Under the pieces are notes generated by a model. It ran no database searches, had not been told where the DNA came from, and was given only the letters and a program-made list of their open reading frames with translations. Of a stretch of 64,000 nucleotides of DNA, positions 1 through 13,749 are shown one piece after another. The stretch's first letter is position 1. Every line of letters begins with the position of its first letter. The stretch is from Octopus vulgaris (taxonomy: Eukaryota). The stretch lies in NCBI GenBank assembly GCA_951406725.2, contig OX597827.1:79794001-79858000 (forward strand). Direction: 5' to 3'. Position numbers and translations under genes: made by a program.

Positions 1-3000
1 CAAATATCACTATATCTGACATTATTCATTTGATTTTTCACACCAGAATTTATTTGGGATGTAATCCAAGTGTATCTAAGACTTAATGAATACATAATTT
101 AGTAGCCATTTGTATGATTAGCAGTTAAAGTTGTTATTATTTGTATAGGAAAACTTATGAAAAGCAGTTAATAAGTTATTTCAATTAAGCTCTTATGGCA
201 ATAATGACATTCCAGGAATGTTTTCTGTATGAAGAACATAAAGTAGTTGGCAAAAACAACTAAAAATTTAAAAAAAAAGTTCAATTAAAAATCACACCTG
301 TATTGAAATGATAAAAACCATTAGTATCAATGGTAATTCTTATCAAAGAAGACAAAAATTATAATTAACATTAATGATTCAATTTGACTCCCTACAGCTC
401 GCTACATAACTTTTATGGTAATATATTGACCCCATCTATGCTTTTATTGCCAATGCATGGGTCCATAAATGAGTGTTTATTACTTTTGTTATAGTATGAG
501 AAATCAACCAAACCTAAGATAAATTCTAACCAATTTCTTCAGATAAACAAGACAGAATTTTTTCACATTTTGAAAAAACAAATTCCATCTTTTACTCAAT
601 GAACTTACTGATATAATTCTGTCAGTGTCATTACTAAAAATGACCATATTAAATTATTCTCATCAATAATCTTAACTTACTGTCCTTATGGGTCCCTTGT
701 AGCTATAAAAACTCTGGGTAATAAACAGGTCCACTTTGATAATTTGTTCGGTTTTTTGTTGCTTACCCAATTAGAGTTGAGTATTGTTCTCTTGAGATTC
801 TATTAGGACACTCCAAGAAGATTTAAAACTATTTTATTCCTTATTGAATACAAAATATTAGATATCAACTTGGTTGCTTGATTTCTTTTAAAACTATACC
901 ATCGTTGGTTGCTCAAAATGTTTAATGAGAATTTCTTATCTTCACAATAGAAGATAAAGAATTTTAAATATGTTTCTCTAATCAAATTGCTATTCTGTGA
1001 TTCCTTTACAGAACAATTTAACAGTAATGTTGAGTGTAATCCATCATTCATTTAACAATCATTCTTCCCTTTTGCACTTTTCATCTCTGTAGAATGACAG
1101 ATTTGCTTTATAAACTTCTTTTAATGCTTTCTGTCTAGACTCTAGCCTGACATTGGTCATTAATTTGGAGATAATATATTAAATTCAAATGGAATTAAAC
1201 CTACCAGCTAGTACATTCAAAGTTATTTCCTCTTTCTGACAGTAAAATTCACAGACTCACATATTAGAACATACCTAAGAATATGGGAAATCAGCTGGAG
1301 AACAGACATATAATTATAACAGCAAAGACATGGTAAAGTCTTTTAGTAAAGGTATTCATGATTATATAGACCATTCTGAAAGGTGGAACAGCTTCTTTTC
1401 TTTCTGTGAGCAATGAGAGCATTCTGAAAATTCCCCAGTCTACCTTTAGGGAGTTATGTGTTTATTTATCAATGTTTTCATATGGAGATTGCCAAACTAC
1501 TTATATGCATATATGTACATAATGCATATATGTACATAATGCATATATGTACATTCATGCACAAATGCAGCAACAATCATATATTTACAACAAAGCTGTT
1601 CAGAATTCAGCATGTGTTGAAGTATGTCCTGTAAATATTAATGCATACCAAAATTCAATAAGAAAGATCACAGTTTCATTGGTTTAGGTTGGTTTGGTAT
1701 ATTTTTGCAGTGAGGAATTCTCTTTATTCCCATTAAGCATATATCAGTTATAGAAACTTATCCAGCCTTTCTCATTTCATCTCCTAACTCTTATTTCTTA
1801 TATGACTGAACCTTGATGGAATATGCATTCAGTTTATCTATGGTATCACTATAGGCTATATCTTTGCAATGGCTTGTACACAATCCTGATAATGATTTGT
1901 TAACTCTCCACTAAGTCCTCCTTTAACTGCAGTTAGGCCCCATGGGTAGGCAGTGCCATTTTAACTTTTTCTTTTTTACTAAGAGAAAATGAAGGGAACA
2001 TTGCAAATGGGTGGTGCCACTGTCTTGATCTTTCAATCCTTCATCTCAGATATTTGGTGATTATGATAAATGGAAGAATGAATATACACATGAAACATTC
2101 TTTATGCAGATATAACTATGATAATCTATATTTGAAATACACGTAACATTTAATCTGCCATTTCTATTATTTTGCTGTATCTTCTCAGTTTATCTCCCTA
2201 TGACCATGCGTACAGATATATACTTAGACACTTATAAAACAAAGGACTGAGGTAAAAGGAATAATTCTGGTTATGCTGTTTTCTGCCTGCTAGTAGCAAT
2301 TAAAGAAAAGACTGTGCTCATAGGAGCGGATGAGTCATAAAATATCCTGCTATCATGTCTGCTGAAAAAAATTAATGATGAATATGGAATAGCAAAATGA
2401 TAAAAATCTCTCAAATGTTATCATAGAACGTATGCCACAGGAAAAAGTAATCTAAAAACAACAACAACCAGATGAAAATCAATTGCAGTGAGAAAAATCA
2501 TCTCAAAACAGTTCTTTGCTAGTTTGTTTCTATTCCTTTTTTTGTTTTCTCTAGTGTTCTTATTATTTTGCTTCCGAATTCTAAATTGATTGTGTTCATA
2601 AAACAAACCATGTTTATCTACACAGGGAAGAGTTCTGTAGAAAATGCCTCCAATGCTTACAAAAAAAACATATCTCATGGAAATGAAAATCTTAGTAGTT
2701 TTACGAACAGTTTTAGTAGAGAAATTCATCGCATCTTTTTTTATCTTTTGGATTCAACACATTTGTAAAAGAAATTGCATTCATTGAAAGTTTCTGAAAG
2801 CTGAAGTAAAAAGAAAAGCGAATAAATAAATAAAAACTCTTCTGAGGATTTTGAAAAAAGAAATTTATATAAATGTCAATAGAAAGAAAAAGTAATGGTT
2901 TTAGTTCTTGGAAATATCTTTCTTTTTGGTTTTATTTCACATCTCTGAGAATACCTGTCAAGAAATGATAAAGTATTTCATTATTTTCTCTTAGATTTCT

Positions 3001-3231
3001 GTTTTGTCATTTATTTATTTCATTTTATTTTGCAGTGTGTTGGAATATTTCTAATGAAAATATCACACAATACTTATTTCTTTTTATATAAGTCACTTCC
3101 AATGTCATTACAGCAAGAAAGCAGATAGCAACTTCTCTAGAGAAGATGTATTCTTTACTTTTCTTACAGATACACACACATAAACATATCTTTGTAGATA
3201 TTACACCAAAAAGATGTTGTTGAGTATGCAT

Positions 3232-3274
<43 letters not shown>

Positions 3275-3362
3275 CGTATGTGTGTGTGTTTATATATATA
3301 TATATAGTTAGACAGAGAGAGAGAGAGAGATACTTACATACATATACACACATACATATGTA

Positions 3363-3417
<55 letters not shown>

Positions 3418-3502
3418 GTATGTGTGTGTGTTTATATATATATATATAGTTAGACAGAGAGAGAGAGATACTTACATACATATACACACAAATACATATG
3501 TA

Positions 3503-3549
<47 letters not shown>

Positions 3550-3744
3550 ATTTATGCATACATCCCTATAACTATTTATTTATCTATCTGTCTCTTTCTC
3601 TCTCACTATATATATATATACACACACACATGCACACATACATATATATATGGATTTATGTTTTTATATGTATATATGCATGTATGTGTATATATATATG
3701 TATGTATAGTTATGTATATATGTATGTGTGTGTGTATAATATAC

Positions 3745-3785
<41 letters not shown>

Positions 3786-4016
3786 TATGTATACATGTGT
3801 GTGCATGTGCTTGTGAGTATGCATATATATTTGTATGTGGCTGAGTATGTATATGTTCTCATAGACATATTCTCAGAAATAATTGCAGACAAAAATATAT
3901 CTATATTTATAGGCTGGTACAGAGGAAAATTCACAATATAACATTAATGGTGTTTTAAGAGAAATCTGCACAATAATACTATCTTATATGTGGATATCTC
4001 CACGACAATATTAAAT

Positions 4017-4053
<37 letters not shown>

Positions 4054-4160
4054 ATATACACATTTATATATATATTATATATCATACATTCTTGTGTATG
4101 TGTATATATAATTGTGTATATATATATATCATCATCATATATATATACACATTTATATAC

Positions 4161-4191
<31 letters not shown>

Positions 4192-4294
4192 CATTTATAT
4201 ACATATATATATAAATATATTTACATACATTTATATGCATGTATATATGTGTGTGTGCATGTGTGTACACACACATGTATACATCTATATGCAT

Positions 4295-4327
<33 letters not shown>

Positions 4328-4984
4328 AGTTATATATATATATATATACACATATTATATATGCACATATACAACATCTGCATATCAGTATATTTGTAGA
4401 TATTTTATGAATGCATACACATACACAAATATTTTATAAACACAAATAGACACATTAAAAAACATGCAGAGATAGTGTTTAAACATATACTGGTAGATAT
4501 TAATATATTTAGAATTTTGTGCATCTAGGTTTGTTTATGTATTGGTATATGAAGGCACAAATACATTCAAACTCACTCGTATGTCTATGTATAAGTTTAT
4601 ATAGGGAGTGACATATAAAGGTGGGTGGGGAGCTGTTGATGGCAGATATGTAAAGATGTTCAGAGGAAGGGAGGGACGGGGTACTCAGTGGGAAGTAAAG
4701 TGATAAGGAATGATGTTGAGAATGTAGAATATGTGACAAGGGAAGTGGTTTTAAGGAGTGGGATAACCGGTGGCACAAAGCAGGGATAGAATGTGTGCAG
4801 TTTTGCTTTTATATAATTACTGCAGCTGGGGAAGTAGTGCTGCAGCTAGGGAGCTGATGGAGATTCGGGTGTTATGATGAGGAAGCTTGAGGAATGCTTA
4901 ACAGGTACAGATTGGGTGCAGAGGGTACGGACATAAATGATATACTTTTAGGACCTCGTCCCCCCCACCCTGCAATTGATGGAT

Positions 4985-5445
4985 TTTCTCATGCACAAAA
5001 ATTCAATCATCTTTGTCTTTTGTCATCTTCTCTGCAAGGCTAAACAAGTTTAGGTTTGTCTTCACTACTTCATCCCATGGCTTCTTAGCCCCCCCCCCCC
5101 CATTTCCACAGGTTCCATCCACATTTAGAGACCAGTACTTCTTTATGAAGCTGTTCACGTCTATATGCATACCTTGACCGACCATTCCATTCTACTCTTC
5201 TCTCTCCAAAATGACAACTGATTAATCCTATGCCCAGTTTTTCTCTCAGCACATTTGCACTTTATCATATGTACTCGCTGAAGTTGCACATTCAATGAAG
5301 CATGGTAACTTCATTTCTTTCCAGTCTTTGCATGTCTTCTGCATTTATAGCCCACATTTCACTGACATGTGGCATTGTTTGATGGTACACAAGCATCATA
5401 CCATCTGACTTTCACTCTGAAAAAATGGTCTTTGTTACCAACAAA
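4985..5445 (-). mobile_element. RTE-clade LINE 3' fragment (decayed RT C-terminus)
   Basis: Minus-strand manual translation with frameshifts: RVKVRWYDACV..SEMWAINAEDMQRLERNEVTML..LREKLGI..DGTCGNGGGGAKKPWDEVVK, matching RTE RT C-terminal motifs (YGSETW, RLERNE, RGRPRKTW). Confidence 0.75.
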
Positions 5446-5484
5446 GCTAATAACTATATTAACTTTCTCCAGCCAATTTATGTA

Positions 5485-5533
<49 letters not shown>

Positions 5534-5534
5534 A

Positions 5535-5715
5535 ATCCAAACATGAACAAGCAAGAAAAAACAACGACGCAAGGACGTGGAATAAGTACTGTGTTATTGG
5601 ACGCTCAGGAAAGGAAAGAGGATTTCATGTTTTGAGTGGAGCTCTTCATCAGAAATATAGAAAAAGTCCAAAGAATGGAAGATGGAGAAAGAAAATCGCC
5701 AATGATACACACGTG
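5535..5715 (-). mobile_element. Penelope-type 3' end fragment with a degenerate hammerhead core (5622-5656)
   Basis: Minus strand reads ATTT-CTGATGA-A-GAG(ctcca)CTC-AAAA-CAT-G-AAAT. Homologous to the element at 25575-25757. Confidence 0.55.
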
Positions 5716-5760
5716 GCGGCTATTCTGTGATGGTCTGAGGAGTGTTGCATAACTGGACCA

Positions 5761-5796
5761 TTGTGTATAAACTAAAATGTTTTAGTTTATACACAA
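5761..5796. repeat. Perfect 17-bp inverted repeat with 2-nt spacer
   Basis: TTGTGTATAAACTAAAA-TG-TTTTAGTTTATACACAA. Confidence 0.9.
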
Positions 5797-6309
5797 CTAG
5801 ACTCAACAACATTGTTTAGTATGCTCTCAATGTTTCATAAAGATAAAATATGCATATCCGAATTTATTTATCTGCTATTTCCTTCATCAAGTCTTCTATG
5901 ATAATAATAGCTTTTTGTTGTATACTTCTTGCATTGAGGGGAACAGTGATATGCAATTAGTTTAATTTAATCAAATTAATTTTAATTATTCTACCATGTA
6001 TTTACATGTTAATATCGCTGTTTGAAACAATCGTATGCATGTATTAAAATTCTCTGAAATTTTAATATTTTCTGTTCTCCATTTGTAACATATTTGAGGA
6101 GTTTCTATGGGATACCCTTCCATAAATTCTCATAACACACCATATACATGTAATATTTTCATATTCGCAAAAATCTTACACCAGTAAGCTACCAACAAAA
6201 TATGAAAAATCTTTGTTAGAAATTGCCCTTTGGAACCCTCCAAAGTAAAGGATGAAATATAATTCAACCTTTTCACATGCACACACACACATACACACAC
6301 GTATGTATA

Positions 6310-6960
6310 TAATGAATAAAATGTTGTGAATGACACAACTTTGCACTATAATACAAAAAAATGGACTATAATAACTGTTGTAATTTAATCATATTTCAGA
6401 ATATAAAATCTCCTTCTTCAGATATCCCTAGGGATTGATGGAGTCACTGCTATAATCAGTTTTCCAACGGCTTTTTTGTATTTTTCCCCCCGGAAGTGTC
6501 CCAGCAGTGGTCTCACGAAGATCCTTCCAGAATTCCTCATGAGAAGTGCGTGAGGTCGGCCAATTCTCATCTCGTGTGTGCTGGCACATCTGTATCGCTG
6601 CTTCTAAGGAGAAGGGGTAAAAAAAAGGAAGCTGCACATATAATATGTAACTTAGAAGCAGTGCTATGGATGTGCCAGCACACACGAGATGAGACATGGC
6701 CGACCTCATGCACTTCTCATGAGGAATTCTGGAAGGAGCTTCGTGAAACCACTGCTGAGACACTTTCGGAAAAAAAAAGAAAGCCATTGGAAAACTGATT
6801 ATAGCAGTGACTCCCTCAACTCCTAGGGATATCTGAAGAAGGAATTTTTATATTCTGAAATATTATATCAGACCATGGATGATTAAATTACAACAGTTAT
6901 TATAGTCCATTGTTTGTATTATAGTGCAAAGTTGTGTCATTCAAAACTTTTTATTCTTTA
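6310..6960. mobile_element. Foldback element with ~300-bp inverted arms, Penelope pseudo-LTR-like
   Basis: Arm ~6310-6608 is the diverged reverse complement of arm 6651-~6960, with a ~42-bp spacer. The mirror-image ORFs 6428..6787(-) and 6496..6798(+) reflect this. Each arm carries CTGAAGA..GAAA pointing outward. Confidence 0.85.
6828..6869 (+). ncRNA. Minimal type I hammerhead ribozyme motif (intact core)
   Basis: GATAT-CTGAAGA-A-GGAAT(ttttat)ATTCT-GAAA-TA-T-T-ATATC. Stem I GATAT/ATATC is 5 bp, stem II is 5 bp, stem III is the palindrome AATATT, triplet AUU. Confidence 0.65.
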
Positions 6961-7001
6961 CAAACAATACACAATACTTCAAGCGAACTATAATACTCTC
7001 C

Positions 7002-7018
7002 TATATATATATGTATAT

Positions 7019-7083
<65 letters not shown>

Positions 7084-7152
7084 GTATATATATATATTAT
7101 ATATTATATTATTATATATATATATGTATATATATATTTTATATATATATAT

Positions 7153-7188
<36 letters not shown>

Positions 7189-7353
7189 ATATATATATTT
7201 TATATATATATATATTATATATTATATATTATATTATATATATATATATATATTATATTATAAAAAAAAAAAAAATTATTATATATATATTTATTATATA
7301 TATATATTATATATATTTATTTTGTTTTTTTTTTTTTTTTTTTTTTGTTTTTT

Positions 7354-7392
<39 letters not shown>

Positions 7393-7415
7393 TTTATATA
7401 TATATATTTTATATA

Positions 7416-7446
<31 letters not shown>
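7002..7446. repeat. Degenerate (TA)n with poly-A/poly-T runs
   Basis: Low complexity; the irregular homopolymers suggest poor consensus quality. Confidence 0.9.
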
Positions 7447-8376
7447 CAGTGGTGACTCCGGCATTTGGGCTGATTGGGCTTAGCCCGAGCATAAATTTAG
7501 TAAAGTGAATGTGTATTTGCAAGTTGATGTAATTTCTTCCAGCACTGATTTCAAGTATGTAGTTGCAGCAAATAAATCAAACTCCTTTTATTGAGCCTGG
7601 TTGCAGTTTATTTATTTTACTTCTGCGTCTGACTGTCATCTTAGACATGCACAGTATCAAAAAATATCATTCGTAGCAGATGTCCTCTCATCATGGTTCA
7701 CACGCGAATGACTGGAGCTCAGAAGTTACAGCCCGAGTTATCTATAATCGTAAAAATTATAAGTAATTCAGATTCAGTTTTTTCCTGAAACAATAAATTT
7801 CTATAGAGATTAGGATTTAAATTCCAATCTATGAAAAATTTCTGTTCTACAATATTCTTAAAGGAACAAAAAATTATCCAGCAACTCAGGCAAATACGAA
7901 TGAGGTTGGTAGGTGTAAAAAGTTAACTGGCAGCTCTCGTCAAGAGTACAGGTGATAGTGAGATCACTGATGTTTGTTGTACACTCTGTTGTCATCATTT
8001 TATTGTTGTTATTCTGTGCATTTGTACGTAAAGATCAGTTGTGTTTTGCAGGGTTGCTTTATTTTTACCCTTAACTTAGAAATGGAGAAAGAAATAGTGC
8101 TAGCTATAAAAAAATAAGCCATTTGCGGGCTAGAAACATTGCAGAAAAACATGAAAAAATTCTTCAAGCAAGCATGTACAAGTTGTGTTTTGCAGGGTTG
8201 CTTTATTTTTACCCTTAGCTTAGAAATGGAGAAAGAAATAGTGCTAGCTATAAAAAAATAAGCCATTTGGGGGCTAGAAACATTGCAGAAAAACATGAAG
8301 TTCTTCAAGCAAGCATTTATCTTATGCGAAATCTGTAATGAGCCCAAATGATACTGATGACCAGGAGTTGCTTCTG
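7447..8376. mobile_element. Non-autonomous DNA transposon, probably hAT
   Basis: Imperfect TIRs: left CAGTGGTGACTCC..CATTTGGGCTGATT versus right reverse complement CAGAAGCAACTCC..CATTTGGGCTCATT. Flanked by ATATATAT on both sides. Internal LEMEKEI-like remnant resembles the hAT C-terminus. Confidence 0.55.
8037..8316. repeat. Tandem duplication, 144-bp period, ~2 copies
   Basis: AGTTGTGTTTTGCAGGG..CAAGCAAGCAT starts at 8037 and again at 8181, nearly identical. Confidence 0.9.
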
Positions 8377-8469
8377 ATATATATATATATATATATGTAT
8401 GTATATGCGTGTATGTATATATTTTATATATATATATATAGATATAGATATATATTTCGTGTGTGTGCA

Positions 8470-8640
8470 CATCATCATTTAATGTTCATGTTCTCTGTTG
8501 GCATGGGTTTCACAGTTTGACAAGTATGTCTGCTCTTGTATGAAGTGGCTGGGTGCCCTTCCTAACACCAACCACTTCACAGTATGTACAAGGTGCTTTT
8601 CTCCTGGCACCAGGACCAGTGAGTTTGCCATGCAACTTGC
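8470..8640 (-). mobile_element. SINE/RTE-type tail fragment ending in (GAT)n
   Basis: GTGGTTGG..TAGGAAGGGCA..AACCCATGCCA..TTAAATGATGATG family. Other copies at ~16820-17020, 39455-39650, 55590-55757, 59475-59640 and 28515-28590. Confidence 0.6.
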
Positions 8641-9661
8641 AAGATTAAGATCCCTTTCAACTGAGAAGGGGTACCAAAGAGAGGGAGGTAGTTTTATGCT
8701 ATGAGATGAGGGATTAAAGCCTGAGAGAACACACAGAACAGAAAAAGTTTGTTTCTGTAAAGGAGTTACATGGCTATTCACATTATAGAAGAGAGGGTGA
8801 GAGTGGCCAGGCTGGAGCTGAAGAGATAAAAATAGTGATGATGTACTATCAAGATCGATGCTTATGATACAAGGAGAGAAGAAATTAATGGCACAGTAGA
8901 ATGGGGTATGTGGTAGAAGTGAGTGTGTATATCAGAAGTGGGTGTAGCAGTTGTAGGAATATGAGAGATGCTTAGAGATGGGGAATGGTTGAGGGGGTGA
9001 ATATAATGAAGAAAAAATGTTGTGGGATGATAAGGAAGGTAGAAAATGATAGATGACTGATAATGTGGATAAAATGGGGAGGGAAGAGTGAAGAGCAGCA
9101 GAAACATGATAAGGATACAGTAGACTGGGAAAGATGAGAGAGAGACTTACATATCTATACATGTGTGTATGCATGTGTGTGCATATGTATATATATATGT
9201 GCATGTGAATGTATATATCGTTAAAATGCATGACTGAACATCTTCACAAAACAGTGCTCATCTTATCTTTCTTGAACTCATAGTTTTAAATAGAGGAAAA
9301 GAGGCTCTTTGCCAGGATAGAACAGCAGTTCTTCATCACAGGTTCTTATTTCCCATAATTAATGCAACCAAGAATGCTTGTCTAGTTCATGAGTTCACTT
9401 TGCAACCACATGTTTCTGGGTCTGATTACACTGTGTGCACCTTCTAACATAGCCCTGAGTTCAATGGTGTTTTGAATAAGGGGTTGAGCTGACAGAAACT
9501 GTACAGAAACCATCATGTACACACATATATACACATGCACACACACATACATACACAATGACCTTTATTTAGTTTCTGTCAACAGTTCCACTCACAAGAC
9601 TTGTTCAAGATACTGTGCAGTGAGTCAACCAAAAATCACATGAATGGGAGCAAATTTCTTA

Positions 9662-9725
9662 ACCCCCTAGCCATGCTTGCTCACCCCCTAGCCATGCTTG
9701 CTCACCCCCTAGCCATGCTTGCTCA
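9662..9725. repeat. 21-bp minisatellite x3
   Basis: (ACCCCCTAGCCATGCTTGCTC)3 at the head of a minus-strand SINE. Confidence 0.9.
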
Positions 9726-10764
9726 TAGACCATGACTGTACCTAGACAAAACAGCACCTAACCATGTGTATATTTATTTATTGGTTACATTACTTTAATG
9801 TTTTTTTTCTTTTATTAATGATAGCATAAATTAGATGTGTCTGCAATATAGCAGTGTATGTATGTATGTATATATATATATATATATATATATAACACAC
9901 ACACACACTAATATATACATGCATACATGTATGTTTGTATGTATGCATGTGTGTATATATATTTGTTTGTAAGTATGTATGTGTGTGTGTATACAAAACA
10001 CTAATTTTGAAGTAATGGCATATTCATAGAAGATTGATAATTAGTTAATTAACCAAAAGGGGTTATAATCATTATCACTTGTCGCAAAGCCCAGAACTCA
10101 TTACCCACAAAAAGAAACAGGGAGACAATATCCATGCATTGATACTGGTTTAAACTAAGATGGGTGACTGCGCTTCTGCTTGTATGAGTTGATATATTTT
10201 CACTATAATTGTGATTATATAAATTGAAAATGGAAACAATGGAGCTAAAAGTGGATAAGTAAACAAAGGTAATTGAATCCACAAGGGAGGGTAAATAAGG
10301 TAAGGTAAAATAAGGTGAGATAAAGTACAGGAAATATAATCTAGGATCGGACCACACTGAAAATAAATTGATTGTAATATATAATACTATCATAGATTAT
10401 AAGTTAAGGGTCAATAAGTTATAAGGAGGAATAACAGAATAAAATGGACAATGTAAAACAGCTTCATCTATTTGTAGTCAGCAGGTTGATAAATTAAGGG
10501 ATAAAAGTCTACAACAGATGAAAACCCAAACCTAAAAATATTTCCGGAGGGTAATACTCAACTGCTTATCAAAATAGTTCAGTTGAGCTGGGATTAAATA
10601 AACTAATTAGAGTAAATAAAGGTAGAAAGGAGTAGAAATCTAGGAAAAAATAAAGATGGTTCTGGTAAAATTGGGGGAAATACTTGTAAAGTAATGTTAC
10701 TCAAGTATATGGACGAAGCTACTACTTTGAGTTTTGGTGTTGTGTAGGAATGATGTGCAGTACA

Positions 10765-11123
10765 AATGTGAGCAATTTATTATTACATCACCTCTTTGGT
10801 TGATAATATTTGCACTTAATTATTTCATAGGCTTCTGATATGCACAAATTACAAAAGCCATTATTACCTTTATACAGTTGTGCTTTGCATCTGACGGACC
10901 ACATAATTTTGTACTCGATTCTTTTATCGGCAATCAATGGGTGGAAACTAACTAAAGATGTACAGTTAGGTTTGTTTCTATACTTGAAGCTGCAAGCATG
11001 CCTATAGTATCTACATTTAAATTTACTTGTAGTAGTTTCAATATAAATGTTTTCATTTCTTAGTGCATGTGTGTAACATTTATATACTACACTGTTACTA
11101 AGATAATAGCTGTCTAGTGGACA
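10765..11123 (-). mobile_element. Penelope-like element GIY-YIG endonuclease remnant
   Basis: Minus translation: CPLDSYYLSNSVVYKCYTHALRNENIYIETTTSKFKCRYYRHACSFKYRNKPNCTSL..YKIMWSVRCKAQLYKGNNGFCNLCISEAYEII. It shows the VVY/YIG-like motifs, FKxRYxxH and CxLC of Penelope EN. Confidence 0.85.
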
Positions 11124-11871
11124 TCAGGATTTATTTCTACAATTACAAAGATTATTAACTTAATTAGATAGGATAGTTATCACTTTCTGTTGGGTTAAGA
11201 TGTATATTATTCCTCTGAATATTAGTTACAGGTGGGTTGATGCTATTATTTAGTCCAGGGGTTCTAGGAAAGGGGGATTGACTGTAGTTTTCTATTGTTG
11301 TATCTAGCGATGTGCTAGGCAACATTAGGTAACATGAAATATGGGCGTTTCATAACCATGTTGTTAAAAAATTTACTTCTTAACCACAACGTACTGTGTT
11401 CAATCCAACTGCTTGCTATATGGCCTCAGGTCAATCCATATCTTGTGATCAAAATGGAGTAAGCATAATCCTGTTGGCTGGATTTTACTTATAACTCATA
11501 GATCCAGCTTTGTTTTTTGTCACACTGTGTCACACTGATTCACTTGAGAATTACATTAGAGTTACATGTTGCTATGAAAACTCAGCTATGCAGGCCCCTC
11601 TCTCTTACCCACAACAGCTGATTTCTCTTATGTCCAGATTTTCTCCTAGAACATTTCCCTTGTTATATTAGGGTCCTGTCTTCTTTCTTATCTAAAACAA
11701 ATTTAGTCTTTGCGAAATTTATTGTGATGCCTCTCAATTCTAGGTTTTGTTTTCAAGTCTGGAATGTCTTTAATTCTGTTAAGAGTTAGTCTAAGAACTA
11801 CACAGACAACATGCAAGTGTTTTCATGAATACAGTCTTAAACTCTTCACTTAAAAACTGGAAGAGTAGTAA

Positions 11872-12175
11872 TTGGCACTCTGTCAGTTTTCAACCACAAA
11901 TATTCCAGGTGATCCAATCAACAGAACAACCTGCTTGTCAAATTAACATACAAGTCTTGTGTATCGTTAGTGTAGTTCTCAGGGAGATTCAGCATGACAC
12001 ATAATGTTACAAGACTGGTCCTTTCAGTTACAAGTACAACTCACTTTTGCCAGCTGAGTGGGCTGAAGCAATGTGAAATAAAGTGTCTTGCTCAAAGGCA
12101 CAACACGCCACCAAGAATTGAACTCCTAACCTTGAAGTCATGAACTAAATACCCTAACCACTAAGCCATGTTCCC
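11872..12175 (-). mobile_element. tRNA-derived SINE
   Basis: Minus head CATGGCTTAGTGGTTAGGG (A box) ..AGTTCAATTC (B box), followed by a CTTTGAGCAAGACACTT-type body. Confidence 0.7.
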
Positions 12176-13749
12176 TCACTCCCCCCTCTCTCTCTCACAC
12201 ACACACTATAATAAATATACATATACACATGTTCATCCACACATACATGTATATCATGCATATGTCACTAGTAGATGAAGAGCATACACTTAGATAGGAT
12301 CATTGAAATTTATTGACATTTTGATAAAATGGAAAGCAGTTTATTTCCTATAATTCAAACTATGTAGGCATTTGTCTATCTTTTTATATTTGCATCTGTT
12401 CATGGGAGTATTTAGCCAAATATGTGTCTTGCATCTTCATCAGCTCACCTAATATGTATACACACATTCACACATATATATTTGAATATATGTCTGCATT
12501 AAGCATGTGTGTGTGTGTTTGTGTTTGTGCACATATACATGCACACACGCACACACACACATGCTGGCACAACAAAACAAACAAACATACATGCATACAG
12601 TCATGCATATCTATTACTTGTTTATCTGTCACTATGTATACTTGTGTGCATTAAAGCATTTTTCTCACAAGAGATAAAAAAAATAAATGGCTCTCAGTTC
12701 CAACTCTGAGCATTCCATTTGTTCAAATAACTGAGCTGCCTATTCATTGAATTATAAGTGGTAATGTATTCCACAGACACATACACCAGCAATATGATCT
12801 TCAGGCAGAACCAGTGACAAGGCTGGTCTTTTGAATTAGGAGCATAGTCCATCCATTGCATTTCACACAAGGCTTGGGTCCACCTATGGCTGTGGTATGG
12901 TAGAATATACACTGCCCAAGCTGTAACACAATAGGATTGAACCTTGACTGCATGCGTGTAATTCTTCAATCAATCAGCTATGTTTGTTTTTATATCAACA
13001 TACATGTACATATACACACATACACACATACATGTGTGTGTGTAAGTATGTATAAACTGCATGTATGCATAAGCACATACCTACATAGAGCTATACACTC
13101 ATATAAACATATATACACATATATAATCTTCTATCCATGCATGTCTCTGTCAATGAGATTAATTGCATATTCATACACACGCAAGCACACACACACACAC
13201 TTGTATGTATATATTAATGTGTGTGTTTAGATAAATTTTACATTAAGCTGAAATTACAGAGGGTTTGACAACTATTTTCACATTCACTTATCAGAGTGTA
13301 TACATGTGTAGACACATCCACAGAAGCATTTTGATTGCTGTAGTTAATGTGGGCAGCATGAGCACTGTAGTGTTTGTAACTACGGTATTTGAATGTATAA
13401 ATACATTTAAAATTGTTGTATAACATCTAAACTTTAAAAAAAAAACCAAACAAATTTAAATTTCCGAAATGCTTTCCAGAAGAAACCATGTGAAAATCAA
13501 TAAATATAAAGAAGGAAATAAATGAATTGGACACAGTTTTATGTTTCATCAGTTACTAACTTGCATCAGCATAAGTAAAAAAAAATTAAGAGCTTTTATT
13601 AATTAAAAAAAATACAGTAAAAGGGATATTTGTATTCTTTATTTTCATTATTGTGCCTGACCCTGCAGTGGCTGAATGAATTTTCAGCTTGTTTTCTGAC
13701 TTACATAGCTCTCTTTTCATTCTTCTATTGTAATTCCATTCACATCTAG

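Noticed and set aside
1945-2030. Possible pre-miRNA hairpin (AGGCAGTG..CACTGTCT)
   Set aside because: Pairing is too short, with a large bulge and loop; no match to a mature miRNA I recognise.
2421-2729. 102-aa minus ORF whose end (IDFHLVVVVFRLLFP) recalls a Cys-loop receptor M4 helix
   Set aside because: No M1-M3 or ligand-binding exons were found, and the acceptors near 2802 lead to stops before this frame. Probably chance.
7250-7390. Long poly-A and poly-T runs
   Set aside because: Likely sequencing or consensus artefact within a (TA)n tract.
9662-9725. Short direct repeats as a possible CRISPR array
   Set aside because: No spacers, eukaryotic context and no cas genes.
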